Origin: Thermoanaerobaculia bacterium
GTDB taxonomy: Bacteria > Acidobacteriota > Thermoanaerobaculia > Multivoradales > Multivoraceae
NCBI GenBank assembly: GCA_963666565.1
Contig: OY762911.1
Location: 3,936,001 to 4,000,000, forward strand
Length of the DNA stretch: 64,000 nucleotides
Reading direction: 5' to 3'
Shown here: positions 54,829-64,000 of the stretch, piece by piece
How the letters are laid out: the number at the start of each line of letters is the position of its first letter
How positions within the stretch are numbered: the first letter of the stretch is position 1
Program-made: the position numbers and the translations under genes
Notes under the pieces: model-generated
What the model was told of the DNA's origin: nothing
Database searches by the model: none
Seen by the model: the letters and a program-made list of their open reading frames with translations, nothing else

Positions 54829-57270
54829 ATGTCGAGTTCAAACGACAGCGTGGACGGTTCTCGGCCGGCTCGGCGCAACAGACGACGACTGGCCAGAGTT
54901 TTATCCTGGGCGGCGTTCGGTGCCTATTCCGCTTGGTTCGCCGCCAACCTGATTCCGAACCTAGCACTGCGGCTCCAGTTCGAGGATCAGTTGATCGTCC
55001 TTCGCTACGCCCGCAACTTGGCCGAAGGCAACGGCCTTGTCTACAACGCCGGCGAACGTGTGATGGGCTTCACGACGCCGCTCTTCACCTTGCTCAGTGG
55101 CCTGTTCGTCGCTCTGGGCGGCGATCACGCGCCGGCCTGGCAGAACGCCTTCGGCCTGTTCTGCATGCTCGGGACGTCCGCAGTCGCCGCCCGGCTGCTG
55201 GTTCGAGTCGGCGCCGGTCCCGCCGCCCCGCTAGCGGTCGCCTTGATCACTTTCAATCCCGCGGCCGCGTACAACTACCTCCACGTAGGCATGGAGGTTC
55301 ATCTCTTCGCCCTGCTTTTTCTGCTGGCGCTCGACCTCGACCTGAGCCGTCGGACCGTGGCGTCGAGCGTCGTCGCGGCACTCCTGTTCCTCACGAGGCC
55401 GGAAGGAGCATTGCTCATCGTCATGCTGCTCGCCGCGAACTGGCGACGAGAACGGCGGCTTCCCGTCCGCGAAACCGGCGCGTGGCTCGCCACGTCTGCG
55501 CCCTGGCTCGTCTTCGCGACGATCTACTACGGCAGCCCGGTACCAGCCACGCTACCCGCTAAGGCCGGTTCCTTCCTGATCCACACACCTCAGTACCTCC
55601 GCAGGGTCGGAGAGATCTACGCCGACGCTGCGGGCAGCGTCGTCGCCACGTACAGCCCTGCACTGACCGGCAGGCCCTGGGCGTGGCTTCCGCTGGCAGC
55701 GCTCGCGGCAGCAGGCATCGTCGAACTGCTGCGCCGCGGTCCATCTCTCTGGCCGCTTGTCGCCTTCCCGCTCGTCTCGGTCGCAGGATATGGCGTCCTC
55801 GGGGCGTGGGCCGAGTTCACCTGGCACTACTATCCCCTCAGCGTTCTGGGCGCGTTCGTTATCGCGTTGGGCGCGCATGCGACGATCTCGTACCTGCTAA
55901 GCGCCGCGCTGGCCGCCGCGCGCAGGCTACGGCCAACATCGCAGAGGACCGCGCGCCTCACCATGCAAGCTGCCGCTCTCACGTTGCTGGCCGTCGGCTT
56001 CCCGGTCCTCAGATCGACCTACGCTCAAGCGCACTACCGGGTCGAGCCCAATCCGCGAAGCGAGGGGCTGGCCGGCATGGGACGGGCACTCGGCGAACGC
56101 TTCGACGGCGGAACTTCTGTTCTGCTGGACGAAATCGGACACATCGGCTGGAGAGCCGAGATGAGGATCATCGACCAGGCAGGACTGGTAACTCCCGGCC
56201 TGCGGTACGACGTGCCACGCCACCTGGTCGTGGAGCGTCACAGGCCGGATCTCCTCCTTCTGCACAACGACGCTCCGGCTCGCCACGGTGTCAGGCAGAC
56301 CGCAGCGTTCCCTCGGAATCTCGGCTACCGGCGAGTGCCGAACTTCCCCGCGGCACCCGGATACCGCCTCTGGGAGTTCAGCGGAGTCGAGGTCTCCGAA
56401 AGCTCGCAGGCCAGTTCACTCTACGAACTGCAACGCAACGAAAACGGCCATATCGAGGCTCTGATCGAGTCCGGGCCCGATTCTGCGGAACCCCCCAGGC
56501 GTTTCCCGATCACCGCGGGCACCGACGGAACGATCGGCTATCTCGACTCAGCCGACCTCGAATCGACCCCGTTCCCGGACTCCAACGCCGCGCCGGTGAC
56601 GCTCACCGGTTGGGCCGTTGACCGTACGAACCCCACCGCCGTCGTGGAGGTGGTCATCATCCTCGGCGGCAGCGTAGTCGCCTCGACCAGCGCCGATCTG
56701 TCGCGCCCCGACGTCGCGGCCCAGCACGGCCGCTCGTTCGAGTACACGGGATTCTCACTCAGCCTTCCGACAGACCCGGAACGGGTCCGCCGAGAGGGAC
56801 TCGTTGCCTACGCCCTCTCCAGCCGCGAATCCGCAGCCAGGCTTCAGTTTCTCTACCAGCCCTTGACGACGGGCTCGGGCCCGGAGACGCTTCCGATCAG
56901 CGACGGCCGGAGGTTGACGGTACGAGATCCCGACGGTGGCTTCGACGGTTCGGTCGAAGTCGTCAGGAAGGCAAACGGCCGAACCGAGATCTCGGGTTGG
57001 GCCGCGGATCTCGAAGAGGGCCAGAGACCACGACAGATCGTCGTCTACCGGGCCGACGAGTTCCTAACGCACATGGGCGTGAATCGCGAGCGGCCCGACG
57101 TCGTCGAGCGTCACGGGGACCCCCGACTGCTCCGCACCGGTTTCCGCGGGGCAGTGCCGGGAGCGCCTGATCCCGAGACGTTCGCCGCCCGGCACCGAGT
57201 GTTCGCGATCATGCTTCGCGGTGCCGCCGTCGAGTTACCCTACCTTCCGCAGCCGGTTTCAGCCCCATGA
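54829..57270 (+). CDS. GT-C-like polytopic glycosyltransferase with shared C-terminal module
   Basis: FEDQLIVLRYARNLAEGNGLVYNAGERVMGFTTPL, GMEVHL, LTRPEG, EIGHIGW, IIDQAGLV; many TM helices. Confidence 0.7.
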   Translation: MSSSNDSVDGSRPARRNRRRLARVLSWAAFGAYSAWFAANLIPNLALRLQFEDQLIVLRYARNLAEGNGLVYNAGERVMGFTTPLFTLLSGLFVALGGDHAPAWQNAFGLFCMLGTSAVAARLLVRVGAGPAAPLAVALITFNPAAAYNYLHVGMEVHLFALLFLLALDLDLSRRTVASSVVAALLFLTRPEGALLIVMLLAANWRRERRLPVRETGAWLATSAPWLVFATIYYGSPVPATLPAKAGSFLIHTPQYLRRVGEIYADAAGSVVATYSPALTGRPWAWLPLAALAAAGIVELLRRGPSLWPLVAFPLVSVAGYGVLGAWAEFTWHYYPLSVLGAFVIALGAHATISYLLSAALAAARRLRPTSQRTARLTMQAAALTLLAVGFPVLRSTYAQAHYRVEPNPRSEGLAGMGRALGERFDGGTSVLLDEIGHIGWRAEMRIIDQAGLVTPGLRYDVPRHLVVERHRPDLLLLHNDAPARHGVRQTAAFPRNLGYRRVPNFPAAPGYRLWEFSGVEVSESSQASSLYELQRNENGHIEALIESGPDSAEPPRRFPITAGTDGTIGYLDSADLESTPFPDSNAAPVTLTGWAVDRTNPTAVVEVVIILGGSVVASTSADLSRPDVAAQHGRSFEYTGFSLSLPTDPERVRREGLVAYALSSRESAARLQFLYQPLTTGSGPETLPISDGRRLTVRDPDGGFDGSVEVVRKANGRTEISGWAADLEEGQRPRQIVVYRADEFLTHMGVNRERPDVVERHGDPRLLRTGFRGAVPGAPDPETFAARHRVFAIMLRGAAVELPYLPQPVSAP

Positions 57271-59738
57271 CCGCGGTCGCGCCCGGACCCGACGCCGACT
57301 CCGCGGCCCCGGAACTCCGAGAGCACCACGGCCGCCTGCCGGCGGCGAGCGCCTGGGCCCTCTTCGGGGTCTTCGCCGTCTGGTTCGCGGCCCGCCTGAT
57401 CCCCAACCTCGGCCTGCGGCTGCGGTTCGAGGACCAGTTGATCGTGCTGCGTTACGCCCGCAACCTGGCGGAGGGCGACGGCCTGGTCTACAACGTCGGC
57501 GAGCGGGTCATGGGGTTCACGACCCCGCTGTTCACGGTGCTGAGCAGCGCGTTCGTCGTTCTCGGCGGAGACCGGGCGGCAGCATGGCAGAACGGCTTCG
57601 GCGTGCTCTGCATGCTGGGCACCGCCGCGCTCGCGGCCAGACTGCTGGTTCGCGTCGGGGCCGGCACCGCGGCACCCCTGGCGGTGGCGCTGGTCACCTT
57701 CAATCCGGCCGTCGCCTACAACTACCTCTACGTGGGGATGGAGATCCACCTCTTCGCCCTGCTCTTCCTGCTGGCCCTCGACCTGCATCTGAGCGAACGC
57801 GCCACCGCCGCCGCGGTCACGTCGGCGCTCTTGTTTCTGACCCGGCCGGAGGGCGCCCTGCTCGCCGGCATGATGATCGCTCACCGCTGGCTTCGCCGGC
57901 GCCAGACGCCGGTGGCGCCGGCACTGGCAGCGCTGGCCACGGCGCTGCCGTGGCTCCTCTTCGCCGCCCTGTACTACGGCGACGTCCTGCCGAAGACGCT
58001 GGGAGCGAAGGAGGGCGAGAGCATCGTCTCGCCCTGGCGTTACCTGGACCTGGTGCGGGAGGTGTACGCCGGCGCGGGCGGCAGTCTGCTGGCGGCCTGG
58101 AGTCCTTCGCTGGCGCGGACGATCGCCGGGCCGCTGCTTCTGGTCGCCCTTCTCGTCGCCGGCGCCGCCGCGCTCCTGCGCCGCCGGTCCGGACTGTGGC
58201 CGCTGATCGCGTTCCCGCTCTGTTCCCTCCTCGGCTACGCCGCGATCGGTTCCCTGCCCGGCTACACGTGGCACTACTACACGCTGAACGTGCTCGGCGC
58301 GATCCTCCTCGCCCTCGGCGTCCACGTCGCCCTGGCCGGAACGGGCCGGCTCTGCCGACGGGCCGCGGAGCGCCTGCCGGCGACCGTCCGCATCGCGCCC
58401 CGGCACCGCCGGCTGGTGGCGGTCCTGCTGACGGCAACCCCGATCCTTGCCCTGACGCTGCCGGTGCTGCGGGACACCTCCCGGCAGATCGGACATCGAG
58501 CCGAACCGAACGCCCGGGAGCAGCGGCTGGAAGACATCGGCCGATGGCTCGCCGAGCGCTACGAGCCGAGCACCTCCGTTCTCGTTCGCGAGATCGGCCA
58601 TGTCGGCTGGGTCAGCGGACTGCGAATAGTCGACCGGGGCGGTCTGGTCACGCCCGGCCTCCGCTACGACGTGCCGCGCCGCGTCGCCACCGAGAAGTTC
58701 CTGCCGGATCTGCTGCTCCTGCGGGCCGACAACTACGGCGTCCAGGATCCGCGTGAAGACGCCGGCTTCCCCGCGAACCTCGGATACCAACGGCTCGAGG
58801 ACTTCGACCACGGGGAGGAGTGGAGCCTTCACTCGCTGGTCGAACCCGATTCCTCCTCGCGGCGCGAAGGCGACGAGTACCGCTACGAGGTCGCGCGGAG
58901 CGCCGCCGGCCACATCGAGGCCGTGCTCCGCTACCGCCTCGTCGACGGCGACGCCGAACCGCCGAGCCGCATCCCCATCGTCCCTCCCCCCGCCGGCGTC
59001 GACGGCGCGCTCGACGCCCTGCTGCCGCGACCCGGTCCCGGACCGGTCGAGGGCGCGGCCGAGTTCGTGGTCAGCGGTTTCATCCGCGACGAACCGCCGG
59101 ATCCCCGCGGCGTCGAAGCGGTTCTCCTGTTCATCGGCGGCGAGTTGACGGTCCACCGGCCCGGCGTTCACCGGCGACCCGATCTCGCCGCCCTCCACGG
59201 ACCGCTCTCCGAGAACGGCGGCTTCGCGTTCCGGACCCCGGCCGACCGGCAACTCGTCGAGCGCGAAGGTGTCCTCGCCTACGCCGTGTCGCGACGCGGC
59301 GTCGCAGATCGCTTGCGCTTTTCCTACCTGCCCCTGGAGATGGAACCCGGGAATCTCGAGATCCTGCCGACCACCGACGGCCGCCGCCTGACCCTGCGGC
59401 CTCCGAGCGACGGCTATCACGGGGAGGCGGACCTTCTCGTGTCGGAGGATCGAGTCGAGATCGAGGGATGGGCGGCGGACGCGACGCGAGGCGAGCGGCC
59501 GCGCCAGATCGTCGTCTATCGGGACGGCCACTTCCTCACCAACCTCGGCCTGAACCAGGAACGACCCGACATCGCCGAGCGCTTCGGAAACTCGGGTCTC
59601 CTGCGCACCGGCTTCCGGGGCACGGTTCCCGGCGAGGTCGCCGCCGCTTCGCTCGGCGAGCGCTACCGCGTGTTCGCGGTCATGCTGCGCGGCGCCGCCG
59701 TCGAACTGCCGTTTGCTACAGCGCACGCCGAACCGTGA
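57267..59738 (+). CDS. Paralog of 54829-57270: GT-C-like glycosyltransferase with shared C-terminal module
   Basis: Same N-terminal motifs. The ATG overlaps the upstream stop (ATGA). Confidence 0.7.
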   Translation: MTAVAPGPDADSAAPELREHHGRLPAASAWALFGVFAVWFAARLIPNLGLRLRFEDQLIVLRYARNLAEGDGLVYNVGERVMGFTTPLFTVLSSAFVVLGGDRAAAWQNGFGVLCMLGTAALAARLLVRVGAGTAAPLAVALVTFNPAVAYNYLYVGMEIHLFALLFLLALDLHLSERATAAAVTSALLFLTRPEGALLAGMMIAHRWLRRRQTPVAPALAALATALPWLLFAALYYGDVLPKTLGAKEGESIVSPWRYLDLVREVYAGAGGSLLAAWSPSLARTIAGPLLLVALLVAGAAALLRRRSGLWPLIAFPLCSLLGYAAIGSLPGYTWHYYTLNVLGAILLALGVHVALAGTGRLCRRAAERLPATVRIAPRHRRLVAVLLTATPILALTLPVLRDTSRQIGHRAEPNAREQRLEDIGRWLAERYEPSTSVLVREIGHVGWVSGLRIVDRGGLVTPGLRYDVPRRVATEKFLPDLLLLRADNYGVQDPREDAGFPANLGYQRLEDFDHGEEWSLHSLVEPDSSSRREGDEYRYEVARSAAGHIEAVLRYRLVDGDAEPPSRIPIVPPPAGVDGALDALLPRPGPGPVEGAAEFVVSGFIRDEPPDPRGVEAVLLFIGGELTVHRPGVHRRPDLAALHGPLSENGGFAFRTPADRQLVEREGVLAYAVSRRGVADRLRFSYLPLEMEPGNLEILPTTDGRRLTLRPPSDGYHGEADLLVSEDRVEIEGWAADATRGERPRQIVVYRDGHFLTNLGLNQERPDIAERFGNSGLLRTGFRGTVPGEVAAASLGERYRVFAVMLRGAAVELPFATAHAEP

Positions 59739-59800
59739 CTGTTTCGGATCCGGCGGCCGTTCCGAAGCCACTCTACCGGAAGCAGCACACGGACGTGTCC

Positions 59801-59824
59801 GGGCACGGGCACGGGCACGGGCAC
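59801..59824. repeat. Intergenic (GGGCAC)4 tandem repeat
   Basis: GGGCACGGGCACGGGCACGGGCAC, ending 36 nt before the next ATG. Confidence 0.85.
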
Positions 59825-59860
59825 GCTAATCTAGACGCAGTCCCTCAACAGGAGATCGCC

Positions 59861-61732
59861 ATGCGCCAGATTCGCCCGATCCTCGCGGTCATCGCCGTCC
59901 TCTCGTTCGCCCTGCTTGGCTGCTCCGCCGGAGGCGACGAAACCGGTGGCGGGGAGTCGGCGACGGGCGGCGCCGACGCGCCGAACCCGCTCCGGGACGC
60001 CTACTTCGGCGACCTGCACGTCCACACCCGGTTCTCCTTCGACGCCTACCTGTTCGGCACCCGGACGAACCCCGACGACGCGTACCGCTTCGCCAAGGGC
60101 GAGGCGATCGAGCATGCGAGCGGACACCTCATCCAGCTTCAGAGCGGAGCGCTCGACTTCCAGGCCGTGACCGACCATGGCTTCTACCTCGGCTTCCTGC
60201 CGGCGATGGACACGCCGGGACATCCGCTCTACGAGTCCGACCTAGCCGCCGACCTGCGCGAGCTCGGCTCGAACGGCGGCTTCCAGCGGGCCATCCAGGC
60301 GATGGGTACCGGCGAGTTCGCCGAGCTGCCGGAGGACGGCCAGAACGACGCCATCCAGACCGCCTGGCAGGCGATCGTCGAGGCGGCCGAGGCGCACAAC
60401 GACCCCGGCAACTTCACGACCTTCATCGGCTACGAGTACACCTCCTCCTCGGACGACCGCGGGAACCTGCACCGCAACGTGATCTTCAGGGGAAGCGAAG
60501 CGCCCGTGAGGCCCTTCGCCCGCACCGACTCGCGCGACCCGGAGGACCTCTGGCGCTGGCTCGACGACCTGCGCGCCCAGGGCATCGAAGGCCTCGCCAT
60601 CCCCCACAACTCGAACGGCAGCAACGGCCAGATGTTCCGGCTCGAGACCTTCACCGGCGAACCGCTCACCGCCGAGTACGCCGACCTCAGAATGCGCAAC
60701 GAGCCGCTGGTCGAGATGACCCAGGTCAAGGGCACGTCGGAGACGCATCCCCTGCTGTCGCCGAACGACGAGTGGTCCGACTTCGAGATCTTCCCGTACC
60801 GGATCGCCACGAACCTCTACAGCGAACCGAAGGGCAGCTACGTCCGCGAGGCCTACGTGAACGGCCTGATGCTCCAGGAGACCCAGGGCTTCAACCCGTT
60901 CCGCTTCGGCATGGTGGGCGCCACCGACACCCACAACTCGGGCGGCACCCCGGAGGAGCACAACTTCCACGGCAAGGTCGGCCGCGGCGACGGCACCGGT
61001 CAGGGCCGCGGCTCGGTGCCGCTCGACGAGCCGACCGAGGACGGCGAACGGTACGCGCAGAACGCATTCGAGTACTGGGGCGGCTCGGGCCTGGCCGGAG
61101 TCTGGGCCGAGGAGAACACCCGCGATTCGATCTACGACGCCTTCCGCCGCAAGGAGACCTTCGCCACCAGCGGCCCGCGGATGCGGATCCGGTTCTTCGC
61201 CGGCTACCACTACACCGACGACCTGACCTCCGACCCGGAGATGATCGCCGCCGCATACGACGGGGGCGTGCCGATGGGCGGCGACCTGGTGGCCGACGAG
61301 GGCCGGAACCCCCGCTTCCTGGTCTGGGCGGCGCGGGACGCGGACAGCGCCCCGCTCCAGCGCCTGCAGATGGTCAAGGGCTGGGTCGAGGACGGCGAAC
61401 CGCGCGAGCAGGTCGTCGACGTGGCCTGCGCCGACGGTGGAATCCCGTCCGGCGACCCGCTCCGCTGTCCCGACAACGGCGCCAGCGTCGATCTCTCCGA
61501 CTGCAGCTACTCCCGGGACCTGGGCTCGGCCGAACTCTCGGCGCTGTGGACCGACCCGGACTTCGACGCCGCGATGCACGCGGTGTACTACGTCCGCGTG
61601 CTGGAGAACCCGACCTGCCGCTGGTCGACCTGGGACGCCATCCGCGCCGGCGTCGAGCCGAATCCCGACATGCCGTCGACCATCCAGGAACGCGCCTGGT
61701 CGTCGCCCATCTGGTACGTCCCTGGCGGGTAG
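59861..61732 (+). CDS. DUF3604 family lipoprotein (PHP-like metallohydrolase)
   Basis: AGGAG RBS, LLGC lipobox, YFGDLHVHT..SFDA, VTDH, GYEYT, NLHRNV, IPHNSNGSNG, QERAWSSPIWY. Confidence 0.88.
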   Translation: MRQIRPILAVIAVLSFALLGCSAGGDETGGGESATGGADAPNPLRDAYFGDLHVHTRFSFDAYLFGTRTNPDDAYRFAKGEAIEHASGHLIQLQSGALDFQAVTDHGFYLGFLPAMDTPGHPLYESDLAADLRELGSNGGFQRAIQAMGTGEFAELPEDGQNDAIQTAWQAIVEAAEAHNDPGNFTTFIGYEYTSSSDDRGNLHRNVIFRGSEAPVRPFARTDSRDPEDLWRWLDDLRAQGIEGLAIPHNSNGSNGQMFRLETFTGEPLTAEYADLRMRNEPLVEMTQVKGTSETHPLLSPNDEWSDFEIFPYRIATNLYSEPKGSYVREAYVNGLMLQETQGFNPFRFGMVGATDTHNSGGTPEEHNFHGKVGRGDGTGQGRGSVPLDEPTEDGERYAQNAFEYWGGSGLAGVWAEENTRDSIYDAFRRKETFATSGPRMRIRFFAGYHYTDDLTSDPEMIAAAYDGGVPMGGDLVADEGRNPRFLVWAARDADSAPLQRLQMVKGWVEDGEPREQVVDVACADGGIPSGDPLRCPDNGASVDLSDCSYSRDLGSAELSALWTDPDFDAAMHAVYYVRVLENPTCRWSTWDAIRAGVEPNPDMPSTIQERAWSSPIWYVPGG

Positions 61733-61735
61733 GGC

Positions 61736-63646
61736 TTGGCCGGCAAGGCGGCGTCTCGGCGGGCCGTTGCAACGCGGGCATCCTGCCGGGTGCGCGGGTC
61801 TTCCGACCCGCTGCCGCCGAAGGCGGCCAGAAGAACGCGCCGGCCGGCAGGACGGCACCCTTGCCACGCAGGGCCGACGCCGCTGCGGCAAGCACTCTTC
61901 TGCTGCGCCGCCCTGGTTCCGGGGCTGCTCATCGCCGCAGAGAACACGGCCCCGCCGAACCCGCTCCGGGACGCGTACTTCGGCGACCTGCACATTCACA
62001 CGCGCTACTCCATCGACGCCTGGATCTTCGGCGTCCGTACCGATCCCGACGACGCCTACCGGTTCGCGCGCGGCGAGGCGATCGACCACCCCAGCGGCTT
62101 CCGCCTCCAGCTCCGGACGGGCCCGCTCGACTTCCTGGCGGTCACCGACCACGGTGCCTTCCTGTACGAGATGCCGGCCATCGACGAGCCGGACAATCCG
62201 TACTTCGGCGCGCTCGGCCCCGGCGGCAACCCGGCGAACGCGCCGGCCGCCGCCGACACGGGCGACGGCCGCAACGCCTGGCAGGCCACGATCGAAGCCG
62301 CCGAGCGCCACAACGACCCGGGCAGCTTCACGACCTTCGTCGCCTACGAGTACACGGCCTTCTCCGAAGGCCGCGGCAACCTGCACCGAAACGTCATCTT
62401 CAAGGGCGGGGAGGTGCCGCCGAAGCCCTTCACCGCGAACGATTCGAACGACCCGGAGGACCTCTGGCGCTGGCTGGACGCGCGCCACGCCGAGGGCTTC
62501 GAGTCGCTCGCCATCCCGCACAACTCGAACGGCAGCAACGGCCGGATGTTCCGGCTGGCGCGGGTCGACGGCGGGGACCTCGACGCCGCCTACGCCGCGC
62601 AGCGCAACCGGAACGAGCCCCTGGTCGAGATCACTCAGGGCAAGGGCACCTCGGACACCCATCCTTTGCTGTCGCCGAACGACGAGTGGGCCGACTTCGA
62701 GATCTACGCCTACCGCATCGGCACCACGCTGCCGAGCCAGGCGCCCGGCGGGTACGTCCGCGAGGCATACCTGAACGGCCTCGTGCTCCAGGAGACGCGC
62801 GGCTTCAACCCGTTCCGCTTCGGGCTGGTGGGCGCCACCGACTCCCACAACGCCGGCGGCACGACCGGAGAGTCCAACTTCCACGGCAACTTCGGTACGG
62901 GCGACGGCACGCCCGAGCGGCGGGGCGCCGTGCCGCTCGCGGGCGGAGGCTCGCCGGGCCGGAAGTACAGCCAGACGAACAACCGCTTCTACAGCGGCGC
63001 GGGGTTGACCGGCGTCTGGGCCGAGCGCAACGCCCGCGACGCCATCTACGACGCCCTGCGGCGCAAGGAGACCTTCGCCACGACCGGGCCGCGTATCCGC
63101 GTCCGCTTCTTCGCCGGTTACGACTACCCGGACGATCTCGCGTCGGACCCGGAGACGATCGCCAGGGCCTACGAAGGCGGCGTGCCGATGGGCGGCGACC
63201 TCCTCGCCTCAGCCGGACGCAGTCCGCGCTTCCTGGCCTGGGCCGTTCGCGACAAGGACAGCGCGCCGCTCCAGCGCCTGCAGGTCGTCAAGGGCTGGGT
63301 CGAAGGCGGCGAGGGGCGCGAGCAGGTCGTCGACGTCGCCTGCTCCGGCGCCGGCGTGCCGTCCGGCAGCCCGCCGCGCTGCCCCGACAACGGCGCTGGC
63401 GTCGATCTCTCGGACTGCAGCTTCCCGCAGAACGCCGGCGCCGCCGAACTCACCGCGCTGTGGCAAGACCCCGACTTCGACCCGGCGGGGCACGCCGTCT
63501 ACTACGTCCGCGTCCTCGAGAACCCGAGCTGCCGCTGGTCGACCTGGGACGCGGTGCGGGCCGGCGTCGAACCGCGGCCCGACCTGCCGGCGACGCTCCA
63601 GGAACGAGCCTGGTCGTCGCCGATCTGGTACGTGCCGAGCGGATAG
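61736..63646 (+). CDS. DUF3604 family protein, tandem paralog (start uncertain)
   Basis: Same motifs as the upstream copy. The only in-frame near-cognate starts before the domain are TTG 61736 and GTG 61790, the latter inside a repeat. Confidence 0.85.
   Translation: MAGKAASRRAVATRASCRVRGSSDPLPPKAARRTRRPAGRHPCHAGPTPLRQALFCCAALVPGLLIAAENTAPPNPLRDAYFGDLHIHTRYSIDAWIFGVRTDPDDAYRFARGEAIDHPSGFRLQLRTGPLDFLAVTDHGAFLYEMPAIDEPDNPYFGALGPGGNPANAPAAADTGDGRNAWQATIEAAERHNDPGSFTTFVAYEYTAFSEGRGNLHRNVIFKGGEVPPKPFTANDSNDPEDLWRWLDARHAEGFESLAIPHNSNGSNGRMFRLARVDGGDLDAAYAAQRNRNEPLVEITQGKGTSDTHPLLSPNDEWADFEIYAYRIGTTLPSQAPGGYVREAYLNGLVLQETRGFNPFRFGLVGATDSHNAGGTTGESNFHGNFGTGDGTPERRGAVPLAGGGSPGRKYSQTNNRFYSGAGLTGVWAERNARDAIYDALRRKETFATTGPRIRVRFFAGYDYPDDLASDPETIARAYEGGVPMGGDLLASAGRSPRFLAWAVRDKDSAPLQRLQVVKGWVEGGEGREQVVDVACSGAGVPSGSPPRCPDNGAGVDLSDCSFPQNAGAAELTALWQDPDFDPAGHAVYYVRVLENPSCRWSTWDAVRAGVEPRPDLPATLQERAWSSPIWYVPSG
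61783..61843 (-). repeat. Family A REP-like repeat overlapping the 5' end of the second DUF3604 ORF
   Basis: Reverse complement reads CCGGCGCGTTCTTCT-GGCCGCCTTCGGCGGCAGCGGGTCGGAAGACCCGCGCACCCGGCAG. Confidence 0.88.
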
Positions 63647-63708
63647 CCGCCATGTGCCCGAACTCTTACATCGCTACGACTGACGCTGCGGAACGTTCAG
63701 TCGGCCGC

Positions 63709-64000
63709 ATGGACCCGCCAGCGACCACATGTCGCGGTCGCAGACGCGTAGCCTGGGTGCTCGGACTCCTGGCCGTGGCCATACTGCCGTCGGCCTGCGT
63801 CTGGTCGCTCGACCCGAACTGTTACCGGTCCGGCCATGGGGCCTCTATCCGAAAGAACGGCCCACTGCTTCTCTTGACGGTCACTCGGCACGGGCCTGCG
63901 GGAGGTTTCGTCAAGTTCGAGATCGACCGTTCCGGAGGGGCGGACTACACTCGCGCCTGGATGGAAGGCCCTGACAGGTGTCAGCGCTTTTCCGAAGAAG
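63709..64000 (+). CDS. Probable lipoprotein, N-terminal part (runs off the window edge)
   Basis: Manual translation MDPPATTCRGRRRVAWVLGLLAVAILPSAC... stays open to the end of the window and has a lipoprotein-like signal. Confidence 0.5.
   Translation, partial: MDPPATTCRGRRRVAWVLGLLAVAILPSACVWSLDPNCYRSGHGASIRKNGPLLLLTVTRHGPAGGFVKFEIDRSGGADYTRAWMEGPDRCQRFSEE

Overview
High-GC bacterial chromosomal window. The lineage is most likely Acidobacteriota (Thermoanaerobaculia-like) and possibly host- or sponge-associated; this is inferred from gene content only. About 45 genes can be supported. From left to right: NAD salvage genes (nadE, pncB) coupled to an Elp3 tRNA U34 acetyltransferase, with a Trm9-like methyltransferase nearby; an SCP2/sulfotransferase/DUF1214 operon; archaeal-type topoisomerase VI (top6BA); a TonB-dependent receptor; the aceE-aceF-lpdA operon followed by a type IIG-like restriction-modification fusion and an orphan HTH gene; a TPP riboswitch with thiC; a lower-GC islet carrying an AAA ATPase plus TOPRIM-like pair; a NatAB-like ABC exporter; a sulfatase; ispG; four large membrane enzymes sharing one C-terminal module; and two tandem DUF3604 genes. 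Three results stand out. (1) A candidate eukaryote/archaea-style Elp3+Trm9 (cm5U to mcm5U) wobble-modification pathway in a bacterium. (2) Three families of short palindromic repeats that nest inside one another and have inserted in frame into protein-coding genes. (3) A putative cell-surface decoration cluster in which two unrelated enzyme classes carry the same roughly 280-aa tail. No rRNA, tRNA, CRISPR array or transposase was found. All family assignments come from motif recognition by eye, not from database searches.
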